Shown here: positions 51,564 through 62,240 of the stretch, piece after piece
Numbering within the stretch: the stretch's first letter is position 1
How the letters are laid out: each line of letters starts with the position of its first letter
Source of the DNA: an uncultured Acidobacteriota bacterium
Lineage (GTDB): Bacteria; Acidobacteriota; Vicinamibacteria; Vicinamibacterales; UBA2999
NCBI GenBank assembly: GCA_963751025.1
Contig: CAVVTC010000010.1
Coordinates: 74,121 to 138,120, forward strand
Reading direction: 5' to 3'
Length of the DNA stretch: 64,000 nucleotides
Program-made: the position numbers and the translations under genes
Notes under the pieces: generated by a model
Database searches by the model: none
The model's input: only the letters and a program-made list of their open reading frames with translations
What the model was told of the DNA's origin: nothing

Positions 51564-52064
51564 GTGGCGCGTCTCGACGAGCGGGCGTTTGCGGCGTGCT
51601 ATCAGCACAACTCGCGTGCGCTCTGGTCCTATCTGTATCGCGTGACGGGCAAAGCGTCCGACGCCGACGACCTCGTGCAGGATGCGTTCTGCCGGCTGTT
51701 GCAGGCTGATGTCGGAGCGCTGGGGGATGAAGAGTTGCGGCGATACGTGTTCCGCATCGCCAGCAATCTGATGGCCGATCGGTGGCGCCGATCGAAGCAG
51801 GAGCAGAGCTGGCTGGACCGGTTGCGAGGCGTGAGCGAGGCGCAGATGGACCCGGAGTACGACGACAGCGTCTCGCGCGAGTTTGCGGCCCTGAAATCAC
51901 GGGACCGGGCCCTGCTCTGGTTGGCGTATGTCGAAGGGGAGAGCCACCAGGACATCGCCGACCAGCTGGGCCTGTCGCGTGGAAGCATCAAAGTGCTTCT
52001 GTCGCGAGCCCGGAGCCGGCTCAGGGATTTGCTGGCGGCCAAAGGTCTTACCGCGAGGGCATGA
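51564..52064 (+). CDS. ECF-type RNA polymerase sigma-70 family factor.
   Basis: Region 2 reads DADDLVQDAFCRLL and RRYVFRIASNLMADRWRR. Region 4 reads LWLAYVEGESHQDIADQLGLSRGSIKVLLSRARSRL. Confidence 0.85.
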   Translation: MARLDERAFAACYQHNSRALWSYLYRVTGKASDADDLVQDAFCRLLQADVGALGDEELRRYVFRIASNLMADRWRRSKQEQSWLDRLRGVSEAQMDPEYDDSVSREFAALKSRDRALLWLAYVEGESHQDIADQLGLSRGSIKVLLSRARSRLRDLLAAKGLTARA

Positions 52065-52365
52065 TGCTGGAGTGGGCGAAGTCATGAGCTAGAGTGGTTG
52101 CTGCGGACCATGACGGCGGACGAGGAACAGGACGTCGCGGCGTACATGTCGAAGCTGGCCCATGGCGGCGAGCCGGCATGCCCCCCGTCTGCCCGCCGCC
52201 GATCTGCTGTGGGTGAAAGCGCAGATGCTCGAGCGGTGGGAAGCCGAACGCCGCGTGCAGGCGCCGCTCGACATGATGGAGCCGCTGCAGATCGGCGCCG
52301 GCCTTCTCGCCGCCGGCATTCTGCTGTTCTGGTCGCTGCCGGCGCTGCTACGCGTCATCTCGTAA
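52061..52365 (+). pseudogene. Probable small anti-sigma/membrane-anchored partner, frame-broken.
   Basis: The ATGA start overlaps the sigma stop. Pieces read ..LRTMTADEEQDVAAYMSKLAHGG.. and ..PAADLLWVKAQMLERWEAERRVQAPLDMMEPLQIGAGLLAAGILLFWSLPALL (a C-terminal TM helix), in two to three frames. Confidence 0.4.
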
Positions 52366-52400
52366 CGCGACAGCTCAACACGCACAATCAACGCTGACTG

Positions 52401-52516
52401 CACGTGACTTCGCGTGCGTCAACGAACCGCGGAGACGCGGAGGCACGGAGGTTTTTTTCTCCGCGTCTCAGCGTCTCCGCGGTTCGTGAGTGCACGCGAA
52501 GTCGCGTGAAGTCACG
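52401..52516. terminator. Long nested inverted repeat between convergent genes.
   Basis: ACTTCGCGTGC (52407-17) pairs with GCACGCGAAGT (52492-502). CGAACCGCGGAGACGC (52423-38) pairs with GCGTCTCCGCGGTTCG (52471-86). An alternative inner pairing is GAGACGCGGAG (52432-42) with CTCCGCGTCTC (52459-69). There is a T7 run in the apical region. Confidence 0.6.
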
Positions 52517-55033
52517 CCAGCAACGTTCGCTGACGCGTCGAGACGTCGTTCGCGATCGGCCGCGAAGCGTGTAATCCCCGCCAGGATCGACGGCGCATCC
52601 AGGTGCGCTTCGGCGATGACGTCCGGCTCGAGACCGCCCGTCAACCACTGGTTGTCCCAGTCCGATGTGAGTGAGTATTCGTCGGTGAGCGGCCCGACGG
52701 CTTTGAGCGGCCACACGCGGCGTGTGCCGGTGCTGACGACCATCAGGTCATACAGCGCCTCGGGTGGGAGGACCGCATTCCGGTACGACTCGGGCTGGCG
52801 ATCGAACAACTCCTCGCTGATCGCCGCGATAACCTTCACGTTGACGCCCGCGGCTTCGAGCGTGGGAAGGACGCTCACGAGATTGACCGTCGAACTCGAT
52901 CCCTGCGTGACGACGTAGCCGTGCTTCGGCTGGCCGGGCGCGAAGTCACGAATGACGTAGAAGCCTTTGGCCGCCGCCATCAGATCGGTGTCCGCGAACG
53001 TCGCGCGGTTGGCGACGGGGAAGTCCGGTCGGGCGACTTCGAGCGTGATGATCCCGACCTTCGCTTCGCGCGCGGCGATCTCGGCCGCCGCGAAGTAGGC
53101 CGGCGCCACGTCGTTGTAGTCCCAGAAGTTCAGGTGAATCGCCTGACCGCGCGGGAACAGCTTCCACACCTGCGGCGCGAAGATGCCGAAATGCGTGCGG
53201 CCATCCGCCGCCGTCTCGGGGCCCGAGTGCCCGACCAGGATGTGCAGCACGCCCATGCGGAACTTGCTGTCCTGACTCTGCTGACTCCAGACCCGCGCCG
53301 GCGTGTACATGAGCGGCGTGAACGCGCCGTACGTGCCGCTGATCGCCCACACGCCGGCGAACTTCGCCGGGTCGAGCGACGCGCTCTGACTGACCAGCCC
53401 GATCGCCGTTGACGCGTTGCCGGCCTCCTGGATGGCCGCCTTGATCCGCGTCCCGAGCGGATTGGTCTCGGGGTCGTAGTGTCCCCAGATGCTGCCGTGC
53501 TCGAGATTGATCGACTCGGACAGGTCGGCGGCAATCGTGAGCATGCGATTCCCGGTGACGTAGTTGAGCCACTTCACGATCTCGGAGATTGCGCGTCGCG
53601 TGCCGGCGATCTCACCCGGCTTTCGAAACAGCGTGATCCCGACTTCCTTCTCGGCGCCGGAGACGGCGTTGGACGTCTTGACCTTCTGCGGCTCGACCGG
53701 CAGGTTCTTCACCCGCAGGCGATCGTCGAGGAACGGATCGCGATCCGCCGCGATGCGGAGCGGCACATCGTCGCGCAGCGAATCGCCGATCTCGACCAGA
53801 TGATCGGCGAGCCAGTCGCCCAGGCCGTTGCCATCGAGCACCGACATGACGATGTCGAGGTTGGTCTTGTATTGAATGAGACGCTCGCGAGTGTCCTTCG
53901 TCGGTCCCTGCGTGATCCCCTGGAACTGGACGCCGTAGCGCTTCTCGAACGTCCTGGCCAGCGCGACGAAGTACTCCGAGTTCATCTTCATCGCGTAGGG
54001 GTGGCTTGGATAGCCGACCACCTGCTCGCCATGATCCGGAATCTTGCCGCTGACCGCGGCGGGCCAGTAGCCCTTCGTGGTCTTGCCGATGAGCACGATC
54101 GGACGACGGTCTGCCGGATCTGAGTCCTCCAGGGCTTTGAGCCCGGCGACAACCTGCCCGTAGTCGTTGCCATCGGGAACAAGGAAGACGTTCCAGCCGT
54201 ACGAGGTCCACTGCTCGACGAGGCGATAGCCGTCGTACTTCTTGTTGATGACGCCGCCGATGAGCGAGTCGTCTATACCCGCGTTGTTGTCGGAGATCAT
54301 CACCCGCAGCCGCTTGCCGGTCTGCATGGCCAGGGCCTGCGTCTTCAGCTCCTGCGCGTGACCTTCGGTCATCGCGAACTCGCCTTCGAACGCGACGATC
54401 TTCGGCGCGTCCATCGACGCGCCGGCGATGTCCCAGAACGCCGCCTTGCCGGCGGCGGTGGCGATGCCAATGCCCGAGGGACCGCCGTTGACGTCGTTGG
54501 TGACATCGACGCTCTCGGCATGTCCGGCGAGGGCCTTGATGCCGCGGGCTTTGGCCTGCGCGAACAGCGGCATGTCGGCGAGCCCCTGATCCTGGAGCAG
54601 CGTGGTCGAGCGCTCCGGCACCGCGGCGGAACCCGAGCGCGTCAATCGGCAGGATGGCGACGGCGGGATCGACGTAGTACCGCCGGTTGCCCGTGGCCTG
54701 ATACCGTCGCTCGAGCGCCTGTCCCATCACCATCCAGAGCGCGTAGCAGGTCGGGATGCAGTGCCCGCCGGCGAGCATGAACTTGTCGGAGTAGGGGTGC
54801 TTGGGCCGCCGATAGTCGAACCGCAGTCCGCCCAGCTTCGGGCCGGCGAGATGCAGGGCGACGTTGTACGGGGTGTATGCCAGCGGCCCGCCGAAATGTC
54901 CTGTCTGCGAGTAGTTCCCGAGCAGCACGAGGGCCATGCACGTCATGAACCCCACGTCTTCCATCCGCTGGCGATCGTAGGACGCGTCCAGCGACTGAAC
55001 GGGGGACACCAGTCTTTCGCTCGCAGTAGCCAA
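52468..55033 (-). pseudogene. Long transketolase-family thiamine-diphosphate enzyme (~850 aa) with one frame break near ~54640.
   Basis: The N-terminus in ORF 53612..55033 reads ..GNYSQTGHFGGPLAYTPY..MLAGGHCIPTCYAL... The body in ORF 52468..54645 reads ..NGGPSGIGIATAAG..EGEFAMTEGHAQE..ISDNNAGID..HSGPETAADGRTHFG.. Confidence 0.75.
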
Positions 55034-55070
55034 TCCTCGACCTCCGTGATGGGCCGCGTGAATGCGGTCC

Positions 55071-55343
55071 CTACGAAACCTGTATGTAGCGAACCACCTG
55101 CTCGCCGAGCAGGCTGTCGAGCCGCGATCGGATCAGGGCGGCCGATCGCTCGACCTCACGCTGCCAGTGGGCGTCCTTCGCACGGACGCGGAGCACGCCG
55201 TTGTGCAGCTCGACGGACGTCACCTTGTCCACGGCTGGACCTACCGCTGTACGCCAGGAGAACGCGACCTTCTCCGGTGTCAGCGGCGCACGGCGCAGCA
55301 CCGCGGCGAGCGCGTCTGGCATGACACGATGGACAGGCGTCAC
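55071..55343 (-). CDS. DUF721 (DciA-like) protein.
   Basis: The 90-aa ORF reads ..LAAVLRRAPLTPEKVAFSWRTAVGPAVDKVTSVELHNGVLRVRAKDAHWQREVERSAALIRSRL.., which is the typical DUF721 pattern. Confidence 0.7.
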   Translation of the reverse strand: MTPVHRVMPDALAAVLRRAPLTPEKVAFSWRTAVGPAVDKVTSVELHNGVLRVRAKDAHWQREVERSAALIRSRLDSLLGEQVVRYIQVS

Positions 55344-55384
55344 TGGGCCCTACACGATACCATCCGAGGCCGCGAGGGTGCGAG

Positions 55385-56599
55385 GTGCGAAGGTGCGAAA
55401 GTGCTGTCGCGCCCCGCACTCTCACACCATCGCACCATCGCACCCTGAATTGTGGTCAAATTCTGAACGTGATCGCACCCCAGTTCACTCGCATCTCCCG
55501 TCGGGCCGGCATCGGCGTCGCGGTCTCGATCCTCTTCGCGGTGGCAGTCGCGCCTGGACCGAGCCCGGCCGCCGCACAGCCGCGCGGGCAGACAGCGGCT
55601 TTTCCCTGCGACGTCCAGACCACCGAGCGGATCGTGGCGGTCGGGGACGTGCACGGCGCATTCGACCAGTTCGCCGCCATCCTGCGCACCACGGGACTGA
55701 TCGACATGCGCAACCGCTGGATCGGGAAGAAAGCGGTGCTGGTCCAGACCGGCGACGTGCTCGACCGCGGACCTGATTCGAAGAAGGCCCTCGACTTGCT
55801 GCGCAAGCTCGAAGGAGAAGCACAGCGGGCGGGAGGTCGCGTCGTCGCGCTGCTGGGCAACCACGAGTTCATGCGCCTGGTCTCCGATTGGCGGTATGTC
55901 AGCCAGGGTGAGACGGACGCCTTCAAGAACGCGGACTCGGTGGATCTGCGCGACCGCGCCTTCGTGGTGTTCAGCACCGAGGCCGAGAAGGCGGCTAAGG
56001 CCGTCGGGAAACCCTTCGACGCCGCGGCGTATCGCGAGCAGTTCATGAAGGAGATTCCCCTCGGCAGTCTGGAGATGCGGTTCGCGTTCGACGCCAAGGG
56101 CGAGTACGGGGCCTGGGTTCGTCAGCGCGCGGCGGTCGCACGCATCAACGGCATCCTGTTCCTGCACGGTGGAGTCAGCGACACGGCTGCTTCGATGGGT
56201 TGTGAAGGGATCAACGCGGCCGTGCGCAAGGATCTGCTCTCGCTGCCAATACCGCTCGAGCAGGTGCCGACGCTCTTCTCGGCGAGCGAAACCGGTCCGC
56301 TCTGGTATCGGGGGCTCGCCAACGAATCCGAAGCATCGCTCGCCCCGACGCTCGACTCGATCCTCCAGCGAATGGGAGCGCGCGCCATCGTGATTGGCCA
56401 CACGACCGTGCTGCCGGGAAGAATCAATACCCGCCTCGGCGGCCGCGTCATTCAGATCGACACGGGGATGGTGAACGGCCAGTTCTATCCCGGCGGCGTC
56501 GCCTCAGCCCTCGAGCTGCACGGCGACAAGATGACGGCGATCTATCTCGATCGACGCGAGCCACTCGCCGTACCGAGCCTGGCGCCGGCGACCAAATAA
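55385..56599 (+). CDS. Secreted calcineurin-like metallophosphoesterase. The start is uncertain.
   Basis: GDVHGAF, QTGDVLDRGP and LLGNHEFM (PPP-type motifs) follow a signal-like segment, GIGVAVSILFAVAVAPGPSPAAAQ. Confidence 0.8.
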   Translation: MRRCESAVAPRTLTPSHHRTLNCGQILNVIAPQFTRISRRAGIGVAVSILFAVAVAPGPSPAAAQPRGQTAAFPCDVQTTERIVAVGDVHGAFDQFAAILRTTGLIDMRNRWIGKKAVLVQTGDVLDRGPDSKKALDLLRKLEGEAQRAGGRVVALLGNHEFMRLVSDWRYVSQGETDAFKNADSVDLRDRAFVVFSTEAEKAAKAVGKPFDAAAYREQFMKEIPLGSLEMRFAFDAKGEYGAWVRQRAAVARINGILFLHGGVSDTAASMGCEGINAAVRKDLLSLPIPLEQVPTLFSASETGPLWYRGLANESEASLAPTLDSILQRMGARAIVIGHTTVLPGRINTRLGGRVIQIDTGMVNGQFYPGGVASALELHGDKMTAIYLDRREPLAVPSLAPATK

Positions 56600-56606
56600 C
56601 AACGGA

Positions 56607-57437
56607 TTACAAGGCGAACAGGACGACGGGTTCGCCCAGCCGGGCGATCCGGTCGTCGTAGTGCTTCACGATCAGATCGCGCCGCAACATGATCGCCTCC
56701 TGTTCCTGCCTGGTCAGCGAGTTCCCGACCGCCGCTGCGAGAGCCTCGGGAGTGAGCGTACGCAGGCGCTCGAGCAGACCGCGGTCGCATCGCGTCAGGC
56801 CTTCCGGCTTCAGGAGCGATCGCCCGAGCCGGAACGCGCGCGTGTGATCGATCAGCCACATCGTAAAGTCGCCCGTCCAGAGGATGTTGCCCTGGTTCCG
56901 ATCTTTGTTCTGAATCAACTCGTCGAAGACCCGCATGACCTGGAGCTGCTTCGTGGTCTTGACCGGATCGGGTCCCAGCGTTTTTGCCTTGGTTCGACCC
57001 TTCTCATCCATCTTGACGTCGTCCACCCACCAGGTGACGGCCGCCATCTTGCCGTCGACCGCACGCTCGACCGACATCGGAACCGTCGTGAGGCCGATCA
57101 ACCTGGCGACGCGGTATCCGGCGATGTTGTAGCGGTACGTGTCCTTGAAGTTGACCTCGGTATTGCGTCCCGCTTCGAAGACCGGTTTGGCTTCGTCAAT
57201 CGTCTGGATGTGCACGTCGTGCGTCACCTGTCCGTCCGAGGCCGTGGCGCGACGAGAACCGGTGACACCGCCGCCGGCGTCCCGCGGATTCGAGATCCTG
57301 GCTTTGAGCAGGAAGGTCTCGAGCTGTTCGGTGGACAGCGACGGTAATGCCGCGGGTGTGCCCTGGGCGAGAAGAGCACGAGAAACGCCCGCGAACAGAA
57401 CCAAGCCCAGGACCATCGAGCGCCGACTGACGTCCAT
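56607..57437 (-). CDS. Secreted hypothetical protein with a PI3/PI4-kinase-like catalytic-loop motif.
   Basis: The signal is MVLGLVLFAGVSRALLAQG. The motif is ..ELIQNKDRNQGNILWTGDFTMWLIDHTRAF.. (DRxxxN ... IDH). The 276-aa ORF is intact. Confidence 0.55.
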   Translation of the reverse strand: MDVSRRSMVLGLVLFAGVSRALLAQGTPAALPSLSTEQLETFLLKARISNPRDAGGGVTGSRRATASDGQVTHDVHIQTIDEAKPVFEAGRNTEVNFKDTYRYNIAGYRVARLIGLTTVPMSVERAVDGKMAAVTWWVDDVKMDEKGRTKAKTLGPDPVKTTKQLQVMRVFDELIQNKDRNQGNILWTGDFTMWLIDHTRAFRLGRSLLKPEGLTRCDRGLLERLRTLTPEALAAAVGNSLTRQEQEAIMLRRDLIVKHYDDRIARLGEPVVLFAL

Positions 57438-57476
57438 GCATGCCCCTTTCGTTTTGTGGTTGAGACGGACGAGATT

Positions 57477-60400
57477 CTACGACAGAGCAGCCAGTTTCGT
57501 GTCGGAGTTTCGCAACGCCAACACGCCGCTGAACAGACCCTGCATCAGATCAACGTGGTCGGCGAGCACCGCGAACAGTTCATCGCGATCGAGGCGAAGG
57601 GCCCGGCCGTCGCGTGTGACCGTCGCCCGCCATCCCGACGCCGTCCCGGCCAGCGTGTCAGCGACGCCGATCGTGGCCCCTGGCGGCGCCAGTAACGTTC
57701 CTGTGATCGGGTGCTCCAGGAGGACTTCACCCTGGACGATCTGGTAGACGGCCGGAGGCGCACCCACCTCGAAGAGCACAGCGCCGGCCTTGAGCGGAAT
57801 CTCGGGGGCGACCGCCGTCAACGCCAGCAACTGCGCCGCGGATGCCCTCGACAGCAGCGGATCCTGACGCAGAAATCGGGCGGCCGTCGCCGCGCCTGGG
57901 GCCGATCGGTCAGGTCGAAATCTGGGGAAGCGGCGCGAAGGGGACTCGGGGCGTGTCGCTCGCGAGGATCAGACCGAAGAGACTCTGCGCCAGCAGCACG
58001 TTGTCCGACACCATGGTCATGAAATCGTCCGCCGTGATGCGGAAGCAGACGGTCGGTTCGAGCGCACGCACCGTGCTGTGGAACGCCGTGCCCTGGAGCA
58101 CGTCCTCGAAGCCGATGACCGCGGGCGGAGTAATCTCGGCGCCCGCCCTGGCTCCCTCGATCGTGGCCGCGCCTCCCTCGAGCAGGAACAGGACATCGGC
58201 TGCGGGCGCTCCCGACTGACACAGGTCGCGACCGGAGGGGTGCCGGACCTCTTCGCCGGCCTGCGCGATGCGGAACAGCTCGTCGACCGAGAGCGACGCG
58301 AACAGCGGAATCTCCCGAACGCGGTCGGCGAGCTCGACGATCGGCAGCGACTCGGTCGCCGCAGCTGCCGACAGACCCGGATGCCGTGCGGCCAGCGCCC
58401 ACGAGGCTGCCTCGATCACCACGCGATCGTCTTCGGACCGATGGCTGGCGACGTACCAGAGGTCGTCGGCAAGACCCCAGATCTCGTTGCTGGCCGACGA
58501 AGTGAACCGCTGCGGCGGCAATCACCGGGTCGTCTTCGTGAACGAGCTGCGCCAGCGTGTCTTCGAGATCGCGCGGGCGGCTCTTGAGCACGAGGTTCGC
58601 GTAGCGGACTTTGTCACTCAGCGGCGAGTCGTCCAGGATCGGCATCACGCGTTTGCGCACGACGCCGCCAAGGAGGTTGTCGAGATACTCGACCGCCGCC
58701 GCGCGCCGGCGGGATTCTCCCTGCTCGATCGTGTAGCGGGCCGCCGCGACATCGTCGCTGTGATAGAGCAGCCCCAGCAGCCGGTAGATCCGATCGATCG
58801 TGCGATGCAGCTTGTCGTGCAGAGCCCTGGCGAGCAGGGAGTCTTCGGCGTCGGGGGCGTGTCGCAGGAGGTTCTGTTGGAGCGTCAGGCCGTTGTAGTA
58901 GCGCGACGTTTCGCGTACGACGTGTGACTCGACCACCTGCCGTGGGCATGCGATGGCCGGGTGATCGCGCCGGAGTTTCTCGATGGCCGCGATCGCCTTG
59001 TAGCGCAGGAAGCCGTCGGGATCATCGAGCGACGCGACGAGCGCGTCCATCGACCGTTGCGTGCCGAGCTGCGCCAGCGTCGCGGGAATGTGACGACGAA
59101 TCCACACATGCTCGCGCTGATCGCGCAGCGCGTGGGCCAGGGCGCCAACGATCGTCTCGCCGTATCCGACGAGCGCCTCGCGCGCGGTTCCCTTCAGGGC
59201 TCGATGTCCGAGCAATGAGAGCAACCCGGGCACGAACAGGCCGTCGGACGCTCCCATTGCCCGCGCGCTGCGAATCGCCTTCTGGACCACCGCCTGATCC
59301 CGGTCGTAGAGCAGCGGGATGAGCAGCGCGCGAAACCGTGGATGCTCGATGTGCGCCAGCGCGGTGGCCGCTTCAGCGCGCCCCGCCGACGCGACCTCGC
59401 GGGCGTCCACGATCAGCTGCCGTAGCGCCGCTTCCGCACTCATGACGTCATCCGGTTGTCCCGAATTGGCCAGCGTGATCGCGGACGTCACGACGACGCG
59501 TGGCTCGGCATCGGTCAGGTGGCGGCGCATGAGGACCGTGGCATCCTCATGCTCGAGTTCAGCGAGGGCACGCAGCGCCGCCGCGCGCACGTCCACGTCC
59601 TCGTCCTGCACCATGCGGGTGACGGCCGGCATCCATCCCGCCGCTGCACGCGAGCGCGATACGGCCAGCGCGCGCAGCGTCCGGGCGCGCACGCGCGGCG
59701 AGGGGTGCTGAAGGAGCAGAGGCGTGACCAGATGCCGCTTGTCGAGTGCCTCGAGCATCTCGATGGCGTAGAGCACGGCGGCCTCGTCGGGATGCGAGAG
59801 CTCTTCGACGAGCGTTTCGATCGTCGCCGGATCGACCTCGGTGCGGATCGTCCCTGGCGCGATCGTGCGCGCCCCGATGCTGGCGCGGAACGCGCGCAAG
59901 TACTCACGCCACGCCACGAGCGCGACCGCAATCCAGATGGCAGTCATGACCAGGCTGACGTAGCTCAGACTTCGCCACTCGAGCGCAAGCCCCCACGGTG
60001 AAATCAGCACAAGGAGAAGCACGGCAGCGAAGGCTTTGCCGAACTTCTCCATCGTCACGTCGATGAATGGCTTGGCTCGGAATCGCAGTCCGGCCGGCAC
60101 CGGGAGGAACAGCACTTCCCGCGTGGTCTTGTCGAGCGAGTAGCGCAGCGTGCCGTCCAGCACACGTGCCGCTCCCACGGCCGTGAGCGACGCGGTCAGC
60201 AGAATGAGGGTGGCGCTTGCGCCGAGGCCGACCGGGAGCAGCAGGAGCGCGGCGGTGATTCCCCAGGAGCGGTGAATGCGACTCGTGAGCCCGACCTGCA
60301 CGACGAACCCGAAGATCGAGAGATACGCGCCAACTTCGGCGAGCAAGTCGGCGATCGATTCCTCATCCACCCGAAACGCCTCGGCAGCCATGCTGAGTTG

Positions 60401-61147
60401 CTGATCGACGACCGCCGCACCCATCACCGCGAGACCCACGACCGCCGCGAGGACGCGCAGTTGCCGGGACTCTGCCAGCAGACGCAGCGCCTCGCGTCCT
60501 CCAACTCCGCGATCCTCGTCGAATTCCGCGTGCTGCCCGTCGGTTCGGTGGCGGGCGATGCGCAGAACGATCGCCGCGCACGCCGCCAGGATGGCCGCGC
60601 TGACGAGGAGCAGGTTGTTCGATCCGAGCTCTCGGATCGTGAACTTGGTGATCGAGTTGCCGAGCGCACCGCCCAGGCAGGCCCCGCCGCCGATCAAGCC
60701 GAACAGCCGCTTGGCCTGGCGTGCATCGTAGACGTCGTTGGCCAGCGTCCAGAACTGACTGATGAGAAGAATCCCGAGAATCTGGCCGAAGACGTAGAGC
60801 GCGATCGTGACCCACACGGCCTCTGTCTTCAGCAGGACCCAGAACACACCGAGCAGGACGATGATGGCCGACTGGGTCAGCGGAACGACGTGCCGGCGGG
60901 GAAGGCGGCGCGCGGCGCTCCCGTACAGGTGCATGAGGACGCCGATGAGGACCGAAGACCCCAAGAGCACCCACGGCAGGTTGTCCGCTCCCAGGTGGTC
61001 GATGGCCTTCGACTTGGTGATGGGCTTGAGGATGTTGTACGCCGTCATCGCCAGGAACGAATAGGCGAACATGAGCAGCGCGACCGCGGCTTCGTCGGCG
61101 CGCACCGGCAACACCTTGCTCAGGAACCCGCTCACCCGTGAATCCAT
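57477..61147 (-). pseudogene. Fusion of a TLC/MFS-type (nucleotide-transporter-like) membrane domain, HEAT repeats and two cyclic-nucleotide-binding domains. There are two frame breaks, near ~58500 and ~57860.
   Basis: The N-terminal ~430-aa polytopic part reads ..FAYSFLAMTAYNILKPITKSKAI..QFWTLANDVY... The HEAT-like repeats read ..PRVRARTLRALA..DVDVRAAALRALAE... The cNMP domain in ORF 57910..58521 reads ..IPLFASLSVDELFRIAQ... A second is in ORF 57477..57830. Confidence 0.75.
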
Positions 61148-61213
61148 GAAAGAGTGGGCCGACGCTATCGCGGTTCACACTCGAGACGCAACCTGTTGCC
61201 GGGATAATGGGCC

Positions 61214-61786
61214 GTGCGTCTGATTCTGGCCTCAGCGTCCCCGCGACGCGCCGACCTGCTTCGCGAGGCTGGAATCGACGTCGAGGTTCAGCCGGCCGAC
61301 GTTGACGAGGACGTCATCCCTCACGAGCTGCCGGAGGCATACGTCCGCCGCGTTGCGGAGGCCAAGGGGCGGGCGATCAGCGGTCGCGCGCCGGGCCGCT
61401 TTGTACTCGCAGCCGATACCGCAGTGGTCGTGGACCGGGAGATTCTCGGGAAGCCGTCGCATCCCGAGGACGCGGCGCGGATGCTCCGGTTGCTCTCGGG
61501 CCGCATGCACCAGGTTGTCTCGGGCGTCTGTTTATTGAGGGACTGTCTGCCGGCGGTGGAGACCGTGGTCGAGGTATCGATGGTCGAGTTCGCCGCGTTG
61601 TCGCCGGCTGAGATCGAGTGGTACGTGGCCAGCGGGGAATCAATGGACAAGGCCGGGGGTTATGGGATCCAAGGCCTGGCATCGCGGTTCGTGACCCGGA
61701 TCGAAGGGTCGTATTCGAACGTCGTCGGGCTGCCAGTTGCCGTGGTGTACCGGATGTGCACTGAGGCAGGATTGCTGCTATCCTGA
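61214..61786 (+). CDS. maf: Maf-family nucleoside-triphosphate pyrophosphatase.
   Basis: MRLILASASPRRADLL.., ..DTAVVVDREILGKP.. and ..KAGGYGIQG.. are present. Confidence 0.9.
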   Translation: MRLILASASPRRADLLREAGIDVEVQPADVDEDVIPHELPEAYVRRVAEAKGRAISGRAPGRFVLAADTAVVVDREILGKPSHPEDAARMLRLLSGRMHQVVSGVCLLRDCLPAVETVVEVSMVEFAALSPAEIEWYVASGESMDKAGGYGIQGLASRFVTRIEGSYSNVVGLPVAVVYRMCTEAGLLLS

Positions 61787-61817
61787 CGGGAGCTTCCGCT
61801 TCAAGAAGTCCTTATCT

Positions 61818-62230
61818 ATGAGCCACAAAGCCGCAAAGATTGGCGTCACATCGCTCGTGCTGCTGACCGCGTTCGGGGTCCTGCTCTACACCACGCTGGG
61901 TGAGAGCATGCAGGTACTGACAAGTACGTCGATGAAGTCGTGGCCCAGCCGGACACGTGGAAGGACAAGAACCTCCAGGTGCACGGCAACGTCGTGCCCG
62001 GCTCGATCGGCCGCAAGAAGGATTCGCTCGACTGGCGGTTCGACATTCAGCGGAACGGCCAGACGCTTCGCGCCTACTACACCGGCATCGTCCCCGACAC
62101 CTTCAAGGACGACTCGGAAGTGGTGCTGACCGGCCGTCTCACGTCGGACGGGTTCAAGGCAACCGAGATGACCGCGAAGTGCCCGTCGAAGTACGAGGCT
62201 GCGCCGCCGCTGGCGGTTCCTTCACAGTAG
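61818..62230 (+). pseudogene. ccmE: Cytochrome c maturation haem chaperone CcmE (CXXXY variant) with one frame break near ~61915.
   Basis: The N-terminus with its TM anchor reads MSHKAAKIGVTSLVLLTAFGVLLYTTLGESMQ... ORF 61940..62230 reads ..DKNLQVHGNVVPGSI..RFDIQRNGQTLRAYYTGIVPDTFKDDSEVVLTGRL..FKATEMTAKCPSKYE... The usual His position is occupied by Cys in C-P-S-K-Y. Confidence 0.8.
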
Positions 62231-62240
62231 GGTCCCGACC

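Noticed and set aside
55340-56401. 353-aa minus-strand ORF.
   Set aside because: It is antisense to the metallophosphoesterase, whose GDVHG/GDxxDRG/GNHE motifs identify the plus frame as the real one.
60272-61178. ORFs 60272..61141 (+) and 60363..61178 (-).
   Set aside because: They are antisense or out-of-frame relative to the transporter domain of the 57477..61147 gene, and their composition is low-complexity and Arg-rich.
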